A DNA stretch of 64,000 nucleotides from an uncultured Gemmatimonadota bacterium (GCA_964490075.1 CAZBBK010000002.1:114105-178104); one strand, 5' to 3'; positions 52,090-61,858 are shown, numbered from the stretch's first letter. The notes: generated by a model from the sequence alone, not told the origin. Numbers and translations are program-made.

Positions 52090-53957
52090 AGGCGCGGAGC
52101 ATCGCAGCGATCCTGATCCTGGGACTCCGGCTCGACGCGGCCGGCGCCGGGACCGAGCCCGCGGCCGCCGAGAGCTCCGCACCCGAGGTCAACGCCGGCG
52201 AGGCGCCCGCACCCGCCCCCGACAGCACCCATTGCGTCTCGGCGGCCGATCCGCCCTGGTCGACCGCCTCATCCGAGGCCGCTCTCCCCGCCACCCGCCC
52301 CGCCGCCACCCTGGCCGAGGCGCTGGCCTTCGAGATCGACGTCGACGTTCCCGCGCCGCGTCGCGAGGGTGTCCGCCAGGTGGTCGCCCTGCACGGCCGC
52401 CACGCCGCCGCGACCGCCGTCTACGTCGACGGCATTCCGCTGCACCCTTGCGCCGGCCCCGGCTTCGATCTCGGCCTGCTGCCACCCGGCCTGGTGACCG
52501 AGCTGCGCCTCGGAGAGCGAGCCGATCTCTGGCATCCGAGCGCCCCCGCACACCTGGAGCTTTCGATCGCCAGCCCCGCGCCGCCCCAGGCCCGAACCCG
52601 CCTCGGCGCCCTGCGCGGCTGGTCGCGCGAGCTGGCGGGAGAAGAGATCGACCTGCGAAGCGCCGCCGGACGCTTCGGATCGGGCGGCCTTTTCTACCAG
52701 CGCCGCGACCTCGAACAACCGGTCGCCTCGATCCCGACCAGCGGTTTCGTCGACCTGCTGGCGACGCCCTCCGAGCGGGCCTGGGCCCTGAGCTACCAGC
52801 CCCCCCTGGAGGGCCTCGAGATGCGCGCCATCCAGCTCTCCCTGACCGCCTCGGACCGGCCCGCCGCCTTCCCCGAAAGCGGCGAGCGCACTACCCATCT
52901 GCAAAGCGACCAGCTCGACCTGATCGGCGCCACCGCGTCCCTGCCCGAGCCCGGGATCTGGCTCTCGCTCTCGTCGCAGCGCTCGGTCTCCGAGCTGACC
53001 GGGCTCTTCGGCATCGGCTCCTTCGCCACCCTCGAAGAGGGGCACACCGGAGTCGCCGCCGCCTGGACGCTGCCGTCCGGTGAGCGCCACGATCTGCGCC
53101 TCGCCTGGCGTCTCGACGACGCGTCGGGCGCCGCGTCCTACACCGGCTCGCCGGGCAGCCGCTTCGCGCGAACGCTGCTGAGCCAGTGGTGGCTGATCTC
53201 AGACCGGATCGCCCTCGGCTCGGGCGTCTGCGAGCTCTTCGCGGGGCGCCTGAGCATGAACCTCGGCGACTACCGCTTCGCGGTGCGCGAAGAGGCCGCC
53301 TCTCTGAGCGGAAAGGCCGAGATCGGCGGGGTCGAAGTGCGGGGACCGATCGGCGCATCCTGGAGCGCGGCGCTCGGCGCCTCGGCGCACGCCCGCCCTC
53401 TGACCTACCTGGAGCATCTCTACCTGGTGAGCGACCTGGCCTTCGCCGAGCGCGGGCTCTCGGCGCGCGGCATGCTGCGCCGCGAGGGGAGCCGGTGGCA
53501 GGCCGAGATCGGCGGCGGATTGACGCGCTGGACCCAGCGCGCCCGTTTCGCGCAGGGCGAGGAGGGCGCCTACGATTGGCGAGTCGAGCTGGCCGAGGAA
53601 CGCCAGGGCGACGCCTACCTGGAGCTCGAGGGCACGCTGATCGGGGGCTTGCGCGGATCGGGCGGATGGCGCCTGGACGGCGGCGATCTGCCGACCAGCG
53701 ATCTCTGGCGACATCATTTCAGCGCCACGCTCGGCTGGGACTGGAGCGCCCGCGAGCGACCGCTGATGCTCGGACTGCTGGGCGCCGGCAGCGCGGACCG
53801 GAGCGAGGGTCGGTGGAGCATCGGCATATCGGCCGCCCTCCGCCTGGCCATCACGGAGGATTTCGCCGCCCGCTTCCTGGTCCGCAACCTGGCCTTCGCC
53901 GGCGAGATCTACGGGCCGCAGTACGGGCTGGAGCTGAGCTGGGTGCTTTGGGGGTAG
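52086..53957 (+). CDS. Putative outer-membrane beta-barrel, divergent TonB-dependent receptor-like
   Basis: Signal-like N-terminus; plug-like 'TLAEAL...LHG....TAVYVDGIPL'; amphipathic strands; ends 'GLELSWVLWG'. Confidence 0.55.
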   Translation: MKARSIAAILILGLRLDAAGAGTEPAAAESSAPEVNAGEAPAPAPDSTHCVSAADPPWSTASSEAALPATRPAATLAEALAFEIDVDVPAPRREGVRQVVALHGRHAAATAVYVDGIPLHPCAGPGFDLGLLPPGLVTELRLGERADLWHPSAPAHLELSIASPAPPQARTRLGALRGWSRELAGEEIDLRSAAGRFGSGGLFYQRRDLEQPVASIPTSGFVDLLATPSERAWALSYQPPLEGLEMRAIQLSLTASDRPAAFPESGERTTHLQSDQLDLIGATASLPEPGIWLSLSSQRSVSELTGLFGIGSFATLEEGHTGVAAAWTLPSGERHDLRLAWRLDDASGAASYTGSPGSRFARTLLSQWWLISDRIALGSGVCELFAGRLSMNLGDYRFAVREEAASLSGKAEIGGVEVRGPIGASWSAALGASAHARPLTYLEHLYLVSDLAFAERGLSARGMLRREGSRWQAEIGGGLTRWTQRARFAQGEEGAYDWRVELAEERQGDAYLELEGTLIGGLRGSGGWRLDGGDLPTSDLWRHHFSATLGWDWSARERPLMLGLLGAGSADRSEGRWSIGISAALRLAITEDFAARFLVRNLAFAGEIYGPQYGLELSWVLWG

Positions 53958-53964
53958 TCCATAC

Positions 53965-54000
53965 TTGCTGGGGCTCGCTTCCTGGTCTATTTTCAGACCA
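53965..54000 (+). promoter_or_regulatory. Sigma-70 promoter with overlapping operator palindrome (leaderless TA mRNA)
   Basis: TTGCTG-N17-TATTTT-N6-ATG; inverted repeat TGGTCT-N6-AGACCA at 53983-54000. Confidence 0.6.
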
Positions 54001-54248
54001 TGAATGAAGTCTTCTTGAATATTCAAGCTGCGAAGACCCACCTGTCGAAGCATCTCGGCGCGCTCACGGCGGAAGGGCGCATCGTCCTCTGCAGGCGCAA
54101 CCGCCCCGTGGCCGAGATTCGGCTCTTGCCCGAGGAGCCTCGGCGAGAGAGACGGCTCGGCTTGGCCCGCGGCGAGTTCACGATCCCGGATTCCTTCTTC
54201 GACCCGCTGCCCGACGAGTTGCTCGGTGCGTTCGAAGGCAAGGAATGA
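54000..54248 (+). CDS. Phd/YefM-family antitoxin
   Basis: 'LNIQAAKTHLSK', 'RNRPVAEI', 'FFDPLPDELL..FEG'. Confidence 0.9.
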   Translation: MNEVFLNIQAAKTHLSKHLGALTAEGRIVLCRRNRPVAEIRLLPEEPRRERRLGLARGEFTIPDSFFDPLPDELLGAFEGKE

Positions 54249-54631
54249 AGATCCTGCTCGACACCTGCGTCTTCCTGTGGGCGATCCTCGATTCTCCGCG
54301 CCTCTCCCCGGCACTCCGAGAGAAGCTCGGCGACGGCACGAACGAGGTGGCCGTGAGCGTCGCCTCGTTCTGGGAGATATCGATCAAGTATGGGCTCGGT
54401 CGCCTCCCCCTTCCCGAGCAGCCGGACCGTTACCTGCCGCGCCAGAGAGAGGCGGCCGGTTTCGACCTGCTCGAAATCGGAGAAGCCGAGGTTTGCCAGG
54501 TGCACCGCCTGCCCGCGATCCACCGCGACCCCTTCGATCGCTTGTTGGTCGCCCAGGCCAACTGTCACGGTTTCGCGATCGCCACGACCGACCCCCGAAT
54601 CGTGCGCTACCCGGTGCGGACGATCTGGTGA
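54245..54631 (+). CDS. vapC: VapC PIN-domain toxin
   Basis: 'MKILLDT', 'SVASFWEISIK', 'HRDPFDRLLVAQA', 'TTD'. Confidence 0.93.
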   Translation: MKILLDTCVFLWAILDSPRLSPALREKLGDGTNEVAVSVASFWEISIKYGLGRLPLPEQPDRYLPRQREAAGFDLLEIGEAEVCQVHRLPAIHRDPFDRLLVAQANCHGFAIATTDPRIVRYPVRTIW

Positions 54632-54633
54632 CG

Positions 54634-55839
54634 TTACTCCGCGTTGATCCGGCACCAATCCAGCTGCTCGCCAAAGCTCGAAATCGCCTGCACCTCGAGC
54701 TGCTCGCTGCCGCGCACCACCAGGCGCAAGAAGTGGTAGGTCGATTGCGAGTGCACGGTGTGATCGCTCCAACCGGAGGCGTAAAGAGGCCCTCCCCCGC
54801 CGCCGCTGACGATGTGGATCGGAGCCAGCCCGCGTAGGTACTCGTGCGCTTCCGAGCTCTGCGGCACCCCGTCGATCACGGGGTAGGAGCGCTCGTAGTT
54901 GTGGTCGTGCCCGGCCAGCACCAGATCGACGCCGTACTCCAGGAGCAGCGGCTCGATGTAGGTGCGCAAGGGCAGATCGCCGCCGTGGAAGGACGAGCTG
55001 TAGAGCGGCCGGTGCAGGGCCGCCACGATCCAGCCGATGCTCGGATCGGCGGCCCACTCGGCCAGCACCTGCTCGGCCCAGGTCGCCTGGCGCCAGCCTT
55101 CGGCCCCGCTGACATGCTCCCCGTCCAGCACCACCAGCGCCAGCGGTCCGCGCCGCATCGAGTAGTAGCGCTCCGCACCCGGCATGGCGAAGCGGCGGTC
55201 GTAGCCGCTGGTGCCCCAGCCGGCCTCGCGCTCGTGGTTTCCGACCAGCACCAGATAGGGCCGATCCATCGCGATCGGCTCGATGATCTCGAACCAGCGG
55301 TCCCACAGGGCCGGATCGCCGTTGGCGTAGGACAGGTCGCCAAGGTGAAGATGCAGGTCGGCGTCGACCTCGGCGACCGCCAGCGCGATCCGCTCGGCGG
55401 CCGGCCTGGTTCCCTGGTCGCCGTAGAGTGTGACGACCAGGCTGTCGACCGGCGCACCGAAGGTGCCGACCACCACGCTGTGCTCCGGGTCGACGCCGTG
55501 GCGCGGCAGCACCTCGTACTTCGAACCCGGCGCCAGATCCTCGAGCACCACTTCGTGGTAGTAGATCCCGCCCAGGCAATCGGAGTCGTAGCTCTTGCCG
55601 CGAGCCTCGGTGCCCGAGCCGAAGCCGACCAGCTGGAACGAAACCGTCGGCGCCGAGGTCAGGGGGTCGCGCGTGAACCACGACACCACGGCCGAGGTAT
55701 GGGGATCGTCGGTCAGGCCGATGTGGATGCCCCAGGGCGATCGATCGGGGCCGGGGAGGGGAGGTCCCAGCACCGAGATCGCGGCCGCGTTCGCTTGGCA
55801 GATGAAGACCAGCAGCAGGGTCCGGGCCAAAGTTCTCAT
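54634..55839 (-). CDS. Secreted purple-acid-phosphatase-like metallophosphoesterase
   Basis: AAAGGA RBS; signal peptide; N-terminal FN3-like region; GDQG, GDLSY, GNHE and GHDHNYER motifs. Confidence 0.9.
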   Translation of the reverse strand: MRTLARTLLLVFICQANAAAISVLGPPLPGPDRSPWGIHIGLTDDPHTSAVVSWFTRDPLTSAPTVSFQLVGFGSGTEARGKSYDSDCLGGIYYHEVVLEDLAPGSKYEVLPRHGVDPEHSVVVGTFGAPVDSLVVTLYGDQGTRPAAERIALAVAEVDADLHLHLGDLSYANGDPALWDRWFEIIEPIAMDRPYLVLVGNHEREAGWGTSGYDRRFAMPGAERYYSMRRGPLALVVLDGEHVSGAEGWRQATWAEQVLAEWAADPSIGWIVAALHRPLYSSSFHGGDLPLRTYIEPLLLEYGVDLVLAGHDHNYERSYPVIDGVPQSSEAHEYLRGLAPIHIVSGGGGGPLYASGWSDHTVHSQSTYHFLRLVVRGSEQLEVQAISSFGEQLDWCRINAE

Positions 55840-55924
55840 CGCTGCATCCTTTCTCGGTTCGGCACGGAGTGGCGGACTCCCCCTGCTTCTGAATCGTCCG
55901 ATCGACGCGCCGGCCTTGAGCGCG

Positions 55925-55953
55925 TTGACAGTCCCCAGCGGCACCGATACCGT
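55925..55953 (+). promoter_or_regulatory. Sigma-70 promoter for purN (probably leaderless)
   Basis: TTGACA-N17-TACCGT, then 7 nt to the ATG; no RBS. Confidence 0.7.
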
Positions 55954-55960
55954 CGCTCCC

Positions 55961-56590
55961 ATGTCTGGCCTCCCCTCGATCGTCGTGCTCGCCTCCGGGC
56001 GCGGCTCCAACTTCCTCGCCATCGCCGATGCCATCGAGCGCGGCGAGCTGCGCGCCCGGATCGAGTGTCTGATCAGCGACAACCCGGATGCCAAAGCGCT
56101 GGCGGAGGCGCGGCGGCGGGAGATCGCGACCCATCTTCTGGACTGCGGCGAGCGCCGCGGGCGGTTTTGCCGCGAGTCTGCCGACGAGCTGGTGCGGCTC
56201 ACCGAGGCCGCCGACGCGATCGCGCTGGCCGGCTTCATGCGGATCCTGCCGCGGCGGGTGGTCGAAGCGCGATCTGGTCGGATCTTGAACATCCACCCCT
56301 CCCTGCTGCCGGCCTTTCCGGGCCTGCACGCGCAGGCTCAGGCGATCGATCACGGCGTGCGGGTGGCGGGCTGCACCGTCCACCTGGTGGACGAGGGCAC
56401 CGACACCGGGCCGATCGTGCTGCAGGCGGCGGTCGAGGTGCACCCCGACGACGATGCCGATGCCCTCAGCGCGCGGATTCTGCGCGAGGAGCACCACATC
56501 TACCCCCAGGCGCTGGCCCTGCTCTGCGAGGGACGGCTGCGAGTCGAGGGCCGCCGCGTTCACGTCGCCGCCGGGAGGCCATCCTCTTGA
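55961..56590 (+). CDS. purN: Phosphoribosylglycinamide formyltransferase
   Basis: 'LASGRGSN', 'LAGFMRIL', 'LNIHPSLLPAFPG', 'GCTVHLVD..TDTGPI', 'EH'. Confidence 0.96.
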   Translation: MSGLPSIVVLASGRGSNFLAIADAIERGELRARIECLISDNPDAKALAEARRREIATHLLDCGERRGRFCRESADELVRLTEAADAIALAGFMRILPRRVVEARSGRILNIHPSLLPAFPGLHAQAQAIDHGVRVAGCTVHLVDEGTDTGPIVLQAAVEVHPDDDADALSARILREEHHIYPQALALLCEGRLRVEGRRVHVAAGRPSS

Positions 56591-57348
56591 TCACCATCCA
56601 CCGAGCCCTCTGCCTCGGCGGCGCGCTGCTGCTGCTCGGATCGGCCCACGCCGACCCGCCGGGAGAGGCGGTTCTGCGCGCCCTCGACGAGCAGGCCGGC
56701 CGCGCCTCCGCGCGCACTCTGGTGCGCCAGACGATCACCACCTCGGGGGGCGACCAGCGCAGCTTCACCCTGCGCATGAGCACCAGCGCGAGCGAGGACG
56801 AGCTGCTCCTGATCTACACCGAGCCGGCGCGGGTGCGCGGGATCTCCTTCCTGATGCTCAACGGCCGCGACGACACCTGGACCTTCAATCCCAAGACCCG
56901 GCGGGTGCGCAAGCTGACCTCCAGCACCCGCAAGCGCAAGGTGAACGGATCCGACTTCTCCTACGAGGACTTCGGCGCCGGCGCCGGCACCATGGGCGAG
57001 GACTACACCGCCGATCTCGACGGCGCGGAGTCGCTGGACGGCGTGCCCTGCGATCGGCTGGTGCTGCGCCCCAAGCCGGGCGGCCCCTCCTACTCGAAGG
57101 TGATCGCCTGGATCGGCCGCGATCCGAGAGTGCTACGGCGGGCCGACTACTACGACGACGAGGGCGCGCCCTTGAAGCGCCTGAGGGCATCGGAGATCCG
57201 CATGGTCGACGGGATCCCGATCCCGCACGACTACCGGATGAAGAGCTTGCGCGGCGATCGCTGGACGCGCATGGAGGTGGTCGAGCTGGAGCGCGGCGTC
57301 GAGTTCCCGGCCGGCACCTTTACGCTCGAGAACCTGCGGCGACAGTGA
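56587..57348 (+). CDS. Outer membrane lipoprotein-sorting (LolA-like) protein
   Basis: TTGA coupling; signal peptide; 'EPARVRG.SFL', 'GSDFSYED', 'YSKVIAWI', 'FTLENL'. Confidence 0.82.
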   Translation: MITIHRALCLGGALLLLGSAHADPPGEAVLRALDEQAGRASARTLVRQTITTSGGDQRSFTLRMSTSASEDELLLIYTEPARVRGISFLMLNGRDDTWTFNPKTRRVRKLTSSTRKRKVNGSDFSYEDFGAGAGTMGEDYTADLDGAESLDGVPCDRLVLRPKPGGPSYSKVIAWIGRDPRVLRRADYYDDEGAPLKRLRASEIRMVDGIPIPHDYRMKSLRGDRWTRMEVVELERGVEFPAGTFTLENLRRQ

Positions 57349-58631
57349 TGGCGCGGATCGGCCCCTCCTCGCTCCTGGCGCTCTGCGCGATCAGCGCGGC
57401 CCCGGGCGCCGAGCTCCGGGGTGAGCTGGAAAGCACGCTGGGGATCTTCGAGGTGGCCGACACCACCTGGTCGCAGCAGAGCGCCCGCGCCCGCGCCTAT
57501 TTGCGCCACGATCTCGGCGCTTCCGCCCGACTCGAGCTCGGCTTCGCCGCCACCAACCATTTCGGCAAGACCTCGCTGCGCCTCCTTGACCTGCTGCCAC
57601 CGGGCTACCAGGCATCCTTCGATTCGCTCGCGACGGCGCTCTTCGGCGACGACCAGCGGGCGGAGGAGGGCTTTCCCCTCCTCTTCACCGCCAGCAACGC
57701 GCTCGGCCAGATGCCGCTCTTCGACTCGATCGATCTCGACCGAGCGCTGATCACCTGGCACGGACCCGGCTTCAGCATCGAGATCGGCCGCCAGCCCCTG
57801 GCCTGGGGCGCCGGCTACGCCTGGAATCCCACCAACGTCTTCGACCGCAAGTCGCTGCTCGAGCCCACCCGCGAACCCCGAGGGCTCGACGCGCTCAGGA
57901 TTCGCGGCGGCGGAAGGGTGCGCTTCGAAGCGCTGCTGCGGGCCGACGACACGCCGGCGGAGACGGCCTGCGCCTTGCGCCTGGGCGGCAGCGCCTGGGG
58001 ATGGGAGGCCAACCTGCTGGCCGCGCGCCAGCGCTGGCGGCGCATGGACTGGGAACACTGGTCGGAGCCCGACACCAGCCGCGGCGCGCCGGTCCTGGAG
58101 TGGGAAGGCCAGGCCCCCTATCTCGTGGTCTTCAACCAGGAGGTGGAGCGGATCACCCTCGGCGGCGATCTGCGCGGCGAGCTGTGGGGGGTGGGATGCT
58201 GGGCGGAGGCGGCCTGGAACCGGCTCGACGCCGGCAAGAACTTCTGGGACGCCACGGCCGGCGTCGACCACCTCTTCGACTTCCAGACCTACCTCTTGCT
58301 GGAGCTGCATCTGGAAGGCGAGGGGCGCGACGATCCGGCCGACTACTCGCTGAACGACTGGATGAAGACCCTGACCGGGGAGCGCGGCGGGCTGGGGCGC
58401 ACCTACGGCTTCGCCGCGCTGAACCACCCCCTGGGCGAGCTGACCGAGCTCTCCGCTCTCGGCTACGCCAATCTCAGCGACCGCGGCCTCTGGACCGAGT
58501 GTGCGCTCGAGCGTTCGCTGGCCGACGATCTGCTGCTGACGCTGGCGCTCGATCTGCCCTTCGCCGACCAGGGCGATGAGCTCGGCCGCTTCGGCCCTGG
58601 CGGCTTCGTGCGCTTCGTCGCCTACTTCTGA
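57348..58631 (+). CDS. Hypothetical outer-membrane beta-barrel protein
   Basis: Signal peptide; 'LDRA', 'GRQPLAWG....WNPTNVF', 'RGLDA'; C-terminal 'VAYF'; follows the LolA-like gene. Confidence 0.72.
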   Translation: MARIGPSSLLALCAISAAPGAELRGELESTLGIFEVADTTWSQQSARARAYLRHDLGASARLELGFAATNHFGKTSLRLLDLLPPGYQASFDSLATALFGDDQRAEEGFPLLFTASNALGQMPLFDSIDLDRALITWHGPGFSIEIGRQPLAWGAGYAWNPTNVFDRKSLLEPTREPRGLDALRIRGGGRVRFEALLRADDTPAETACALRLGGSAWGWEANLLAARQRWRRMDWEHWSEPDTSRGAPVLEWEGQAPYLVVFNQEVERITLGGDLRGELWGVGCWAEAAWNRLDAGKNFWDATAGVDHLFDFQTYLLLELHLEGEGRDDPADYSLNDWMKTLTGERGGLGRTYGFAALNHPLGELTELSALGYANLSDRGLWTECALERSLADDLLLTLALDLPFADQGDELGRFGPGGFVRFVAYF

Positions 58632-61600
58632 TCGCGGCCGCGGGCCGCACCGGCTTCACCCAGGGCCCCAGGTCGGGCTCGGCGTTCGGCTGACCGGCGC
58701 TGGGATTCGGAAAGCGCTCCCAGGTGTTGAAGGCACCGTCGGGGTAGCGGCCGAGGCTGAAGTCGGTCTCCTGGTAGCCGAAGGGGATGCGATCGAGCAC
58801 ATCGGGCGCCGCTCCGGCCGCCACCAAAGCAATCCGCTCGCCGTCGCGATCGAGCTTGAAACCGGCGTGCAGCTCGCCGAGCCCGGGGTCGCCATCGAGC
58901 CACACCACCAGCAGCTCGCCGGGCTGCATGCTGCGCTCCGGCAGCGCCCAGCGGTAGGGATCGTCCTCTGGATCGTCGGTCAAGAACAGGCCGTCCAGCT
59001 CGATCGGATCGGCGCTCGGATTGAAGAGCTCGACCCAGTCGGAGCGATTTCCGTACTCGTCCCGGGGACCGTTGCGGTTGATCGCGGAGAACTCGTTGAT
59101 GACCAACCGCTCCGGCATCGTGCCGAGCACGAAGAAGGAGACCAAGGCGGTGTCGACCGCCACGCCGCTGGGCTCGACGGCGCGAAAGGCCAGATCGAAT
59201 CGACCGCGCTTGCTCGGGACCTCGATGTGGAAGAGCTCGCTGTGCAGCGCGCCGGGGCCCAGGGCCGGGAAGTCGACCACATCGGAGGGCTCCTCGCGCA
59301 CCCAGACGCCGCCCTCGGTGTAGGCGTGCACCGCGATCGAGCAGGCCTCGACGCTCCGCCAGTGGGCGCGCAGGGTCAGCTCGACCTCGGCGATGCCCTG
59401 GGGCGGCAGCAGATCCTGGGCCACGACCGCTTCCAGGCTGCCCCAGCGGGCGCTGCGATTGCGGCCCGCCGGTGAGGAGTGGGAGAGCGGCGTGGGACGA
59501 CCGCAACCGTCCGGCAGGCGCCCGTAGGCGGCGCCCGGGGGCAGGGCAGGCAGAGTGAGGGAGTCGGCCAGGAGCAGCCCCGCGCCCTCGTCGACGAAGA
59601 GCCCGAGCCAGCCGCTGGCGATGGGGGGGGAGCGCAGCAGCCGGTACTCGCCGGCGAAGAGCTCATCGCTTTCGACCGGCCAGCGGCGCGGAGCGAGGGG
59701 ATCGTCGCTCAGGAAGATGCCCTCGAAGCGGAGGGGCGATCGACCGCGAAAGTGGAGCTCCACCGAGCGCGGCGCGGCCGGCCCGAGAAGCCCCGGCTGG
59801 TCGTTCCAGCTCCGGTCGTAGATCAGCTCGTTGATCGCCAGATCGACCGCCGCAGGGGGCCGCAGCGTATCGATCGACGCGCGGAGCGCCGGCTCGCGAT
59901 CCTGGACGCGGCTCCAGACATCATCGATCGAATCGAGGTACTGATTGGAGCGCTCGCGGGACGCCTTGGCGACGTCGACCAGACCGTCCGGCACGCTGAT
60001 CGTGGCCAGGGAGTCGAAAGTCTGGGCGATGCCGGTCCAGGGGCCGTCGAGAATCTCCTCCAGGCGTTCGAGATAGCGCCGGCTGAGCGAGGGGATCTCC
60101 AGCATCATCGTCAGCATCAAGCTCCATCCGTCGCGGTTGTTCGGATAGTCGCGGGTGCCGAGGTTGGCCGGCGCGGTGCTGTCGTAGAGCACGGCGTCGA
60201 CGTCCCAGGGCAGCATGCGCCAGGGACCACCGCCGCGATCGCGGTGCAGAATGAAGTTGTGGCCCGAGAAATCGTCGTTGGCGAGCAGCACCTGGCTGGC
60301 GTAGTAGTCGATCAAGAGATCGATATCGAGCTCGCGCCGAAACCACGTCTCCAGATCGGCGGGCGGCGTCGAGACCATCCCCTGCAAGAGGGCCACCACG
60401 TCGTCCCGATGGAGGTCTTCCTGCTGGGTGTTCTCGAAGCAGGAGAGGTAGCGCTCGATGTCCTTCTGGGGCTCGGTGTTGCACTCCGACTCGTAGCTGC
60501 GGCCGCTCGGATCGAGCCCGACCCGCTCGAGGTACTCCTCGTCGGAGTCCTCGACCCAGGTGTAGACGCCCGCGTATTCGTCGTTGAGCATCAGCCGCAC
60601 CAGCTCGGCCGAGTAGGCCGGGACCGACGCCAGCACCATGACGGCGCTCGCGAGCGGCTCCTTGAGCATCGAGCCGTCGCCGAAGTTCGACACCAGGTTG
60701 TAGGTCTGCGGCACGAGTCCGTCGTCGCTGCGGAATTTGAACGACTTCTTGGGATGCTCCAGGCTGCCGTGGCCGCGATAGCCGACCTCTCCGGTGCGCT
60801 CGAGGTCGCCGGCGATCAGGAGGGCGGGTTTGCGGATCTTCTCCGGCAGGGCGAGCTGCATCTCGATCAGATCGGCGGGATCGATCGCCAGCGACTGCCC
60901 GGGAAGCAGGCTGGTGGTCAGCTCCTCGACTCCGCTCACCTCGACCGAGTCCCCATCGCGGCCGAAGGCATCGATTGGGAAGACGCTGTAGCGCAGGTCC
61001 TCGCCCGCGGGCAGGACGGTCCAGGGCAGGTAGCGACGCTCCTCGAGCAGCAGCGAAGCGCCCTGCTCGCGCACCTCGACGCGATAGCCGTCGTGCAAGC
61101 TGTCGGCGCCGCTGCGCCAGGTCAACAGGGCGCCGCCCCAGCTGGGAGCGGCCCGTGCCAAGCTCACCGGCGGCAAGGTGGGCGGAAGGGCCGTCAGACG
61201 CCTGAGAGCGATGGCGGCGATCAGCGGCTCGCCGGCGACACCGAGGAAGGCGAGGTCGAGGGTGTCGGCGGTGCTCACCAGGTGACGGCGCAGATCGAGG
61301 GCGCGGGCCTTGCCGGCCAGCGCGTAGAGATCGAGATCCTCGATCCACGGCTCTCCGTCGAGGATGACGTCGAACACCCGACCGGTGGGACCGTTCAGCG
61401 TCGGCTCGAGCAGTCGCAGCGTGAGCTCGTAGTCGGCTCCGGGGTGCACCGCGAAGCGGTAGCGGTGGTTGCCGCCTCGCAGCCGGCGATAGAGCGGAAA
61501 CTCGTCGCCGCTGCCGTCGTGGTGCAGCCACCATTGGACGAAGCTCTCGAGGGTGCCGCCGATGAAGCCGCCCTCGCCGCCCCCTTCCCAGGGCTGATCG

Positions 61601-61839
61601 GAGCCGTAGTGGATTCCGTCGTCGCCGGTGACGGGACGGGTGCTGCCGGCGTTGAAGGCGATCGTCGACTGCAGGGCGCGGCCGCCCTGGCGCGCGGCGG
61701 AGGAGGCCGACGGGGGGAGCGTCGCGAGCAGCAACGCGAAGACACGGGCGCCCTTGCGCACCGCGAGTCCGCGCTCTTCACGGAGCATCGCCGAGGTATC
61801 ACGGCGGGAGCGAGAACTCCCTGTCTTCATCAGCGTCAT
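58474..61839 (-). CDS. Secreted CotH-kinase protein with malectin and lamin-tail domains
   Basis: Malectin 'FNAG...RVFDV...DLY'; CotH 'YRG.GS...PKKSFK', 'GVY..VE', 'HNF', 'LPWDVD'; LTDs 'INE...DWVELFNP...L.G.FLTD'. Confidence 0.85.
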   Translation of the reverse strand: MTLMKTGSSRSRRDTSAMLREERGLAVRKGARVFALLLATLPPSASSAARQGGRALQSTIAFNAGSTRPVTGDDGIHYGSDQPWEGGGEGGFIGGTLESFVQWWLHHDGSGDEFPLYRRLRGGNHRYRFAVHPGADYELTLRLLEPTLNGPTGRVFDVILDGEPWIEDLDLYALAGKARALDLRRHLVSTADTLDLAFLGVAGEPLIAAIALRRLTALPPTLPPVSLARAAPSWGGALLTWRSGADSLHDGYRVEVREQGASLLLEERRYLPWTVLPAGEDLRYSVFPIDAFGRDGDSVEVSGVEELTTSLLPGQSLAIDPADLIEMQLALPEKIRKPALLIAGDLERTGEVGYRGHGSLEHPKKSFKFRSDDGLVPQTYNLVSNFGDGSMLKEPLASAVMVLASVPAYSAELVRLMLNDEYAGVYTWVEDSDEEYLERVGLDPSGRSYESECNTEPQKDIERYLSCFENTQQEDLHRDDVVALLQGMVSTPPADLETWFRRELDIDLLIDYYASQVLLANDDFSGHNFILHRDRGGGPWRMLPWDVDAVLYDSTAPANLGTRDYPNNRDGWSLMLTMMLEIPSLSRRYLERLEEILDGPWTGIAQTFDSLATISVPDGLVDVAKASRERSNQYLDSIDDVWSRVQDREPALRASIDTLRPPAAVDLAINELIYDRSWNDQPGLLGPAAPRSVELHFRGRSPLRFEGIFLSDDPLAPRRWPVESDELFAGEYRLLRSPPIASGWLGLFVDEGAGLLLADSLTLPALPPGAAYGRLPDGCGRPTPLSHSSPAGRNRSARWGSLEAVVAQDLLPPQGIAEVELTLRAHWRSVEACSIAVHAYTEGGVWVREEPSDVVDFPALGPGALHSELFHIEVPSKRGRFDLAFRAVEPSGVAVDTALVSFFVLGTMPERLVINEFSAINRNGPRDEYGNRSDWVELFNPSADPIELDGLFLTDDPEDDPYRWALPERSMQPGELLVVWLDGDPGLGELHAGFKLDRDGERIALVAAGAAPDVLDRIPFGYQETDFSLGRYPDGAFNTWERFPNPSAGQPNAEPDLGPWVKPVRPAAAIRSRRRSARSRQGRSGRAHRPGRRRADRAPASAADRRPANARAHTRSRGRGR

Positions 61840-61845
61840 GCAGGC

Positions 61846-61853
61846 AGTATACT
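61846..61853. promoter_or_regulatory. Palindromic AGTATACT providing TATACT -10 boxes on both strands
   Basis: 6 nt to the ATG at 61839 (minus strand) and 5 nt to the GTG at 61859 (plus strand). Confidence 0.55.
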
Positions 61854-61858
61854 CCGCC

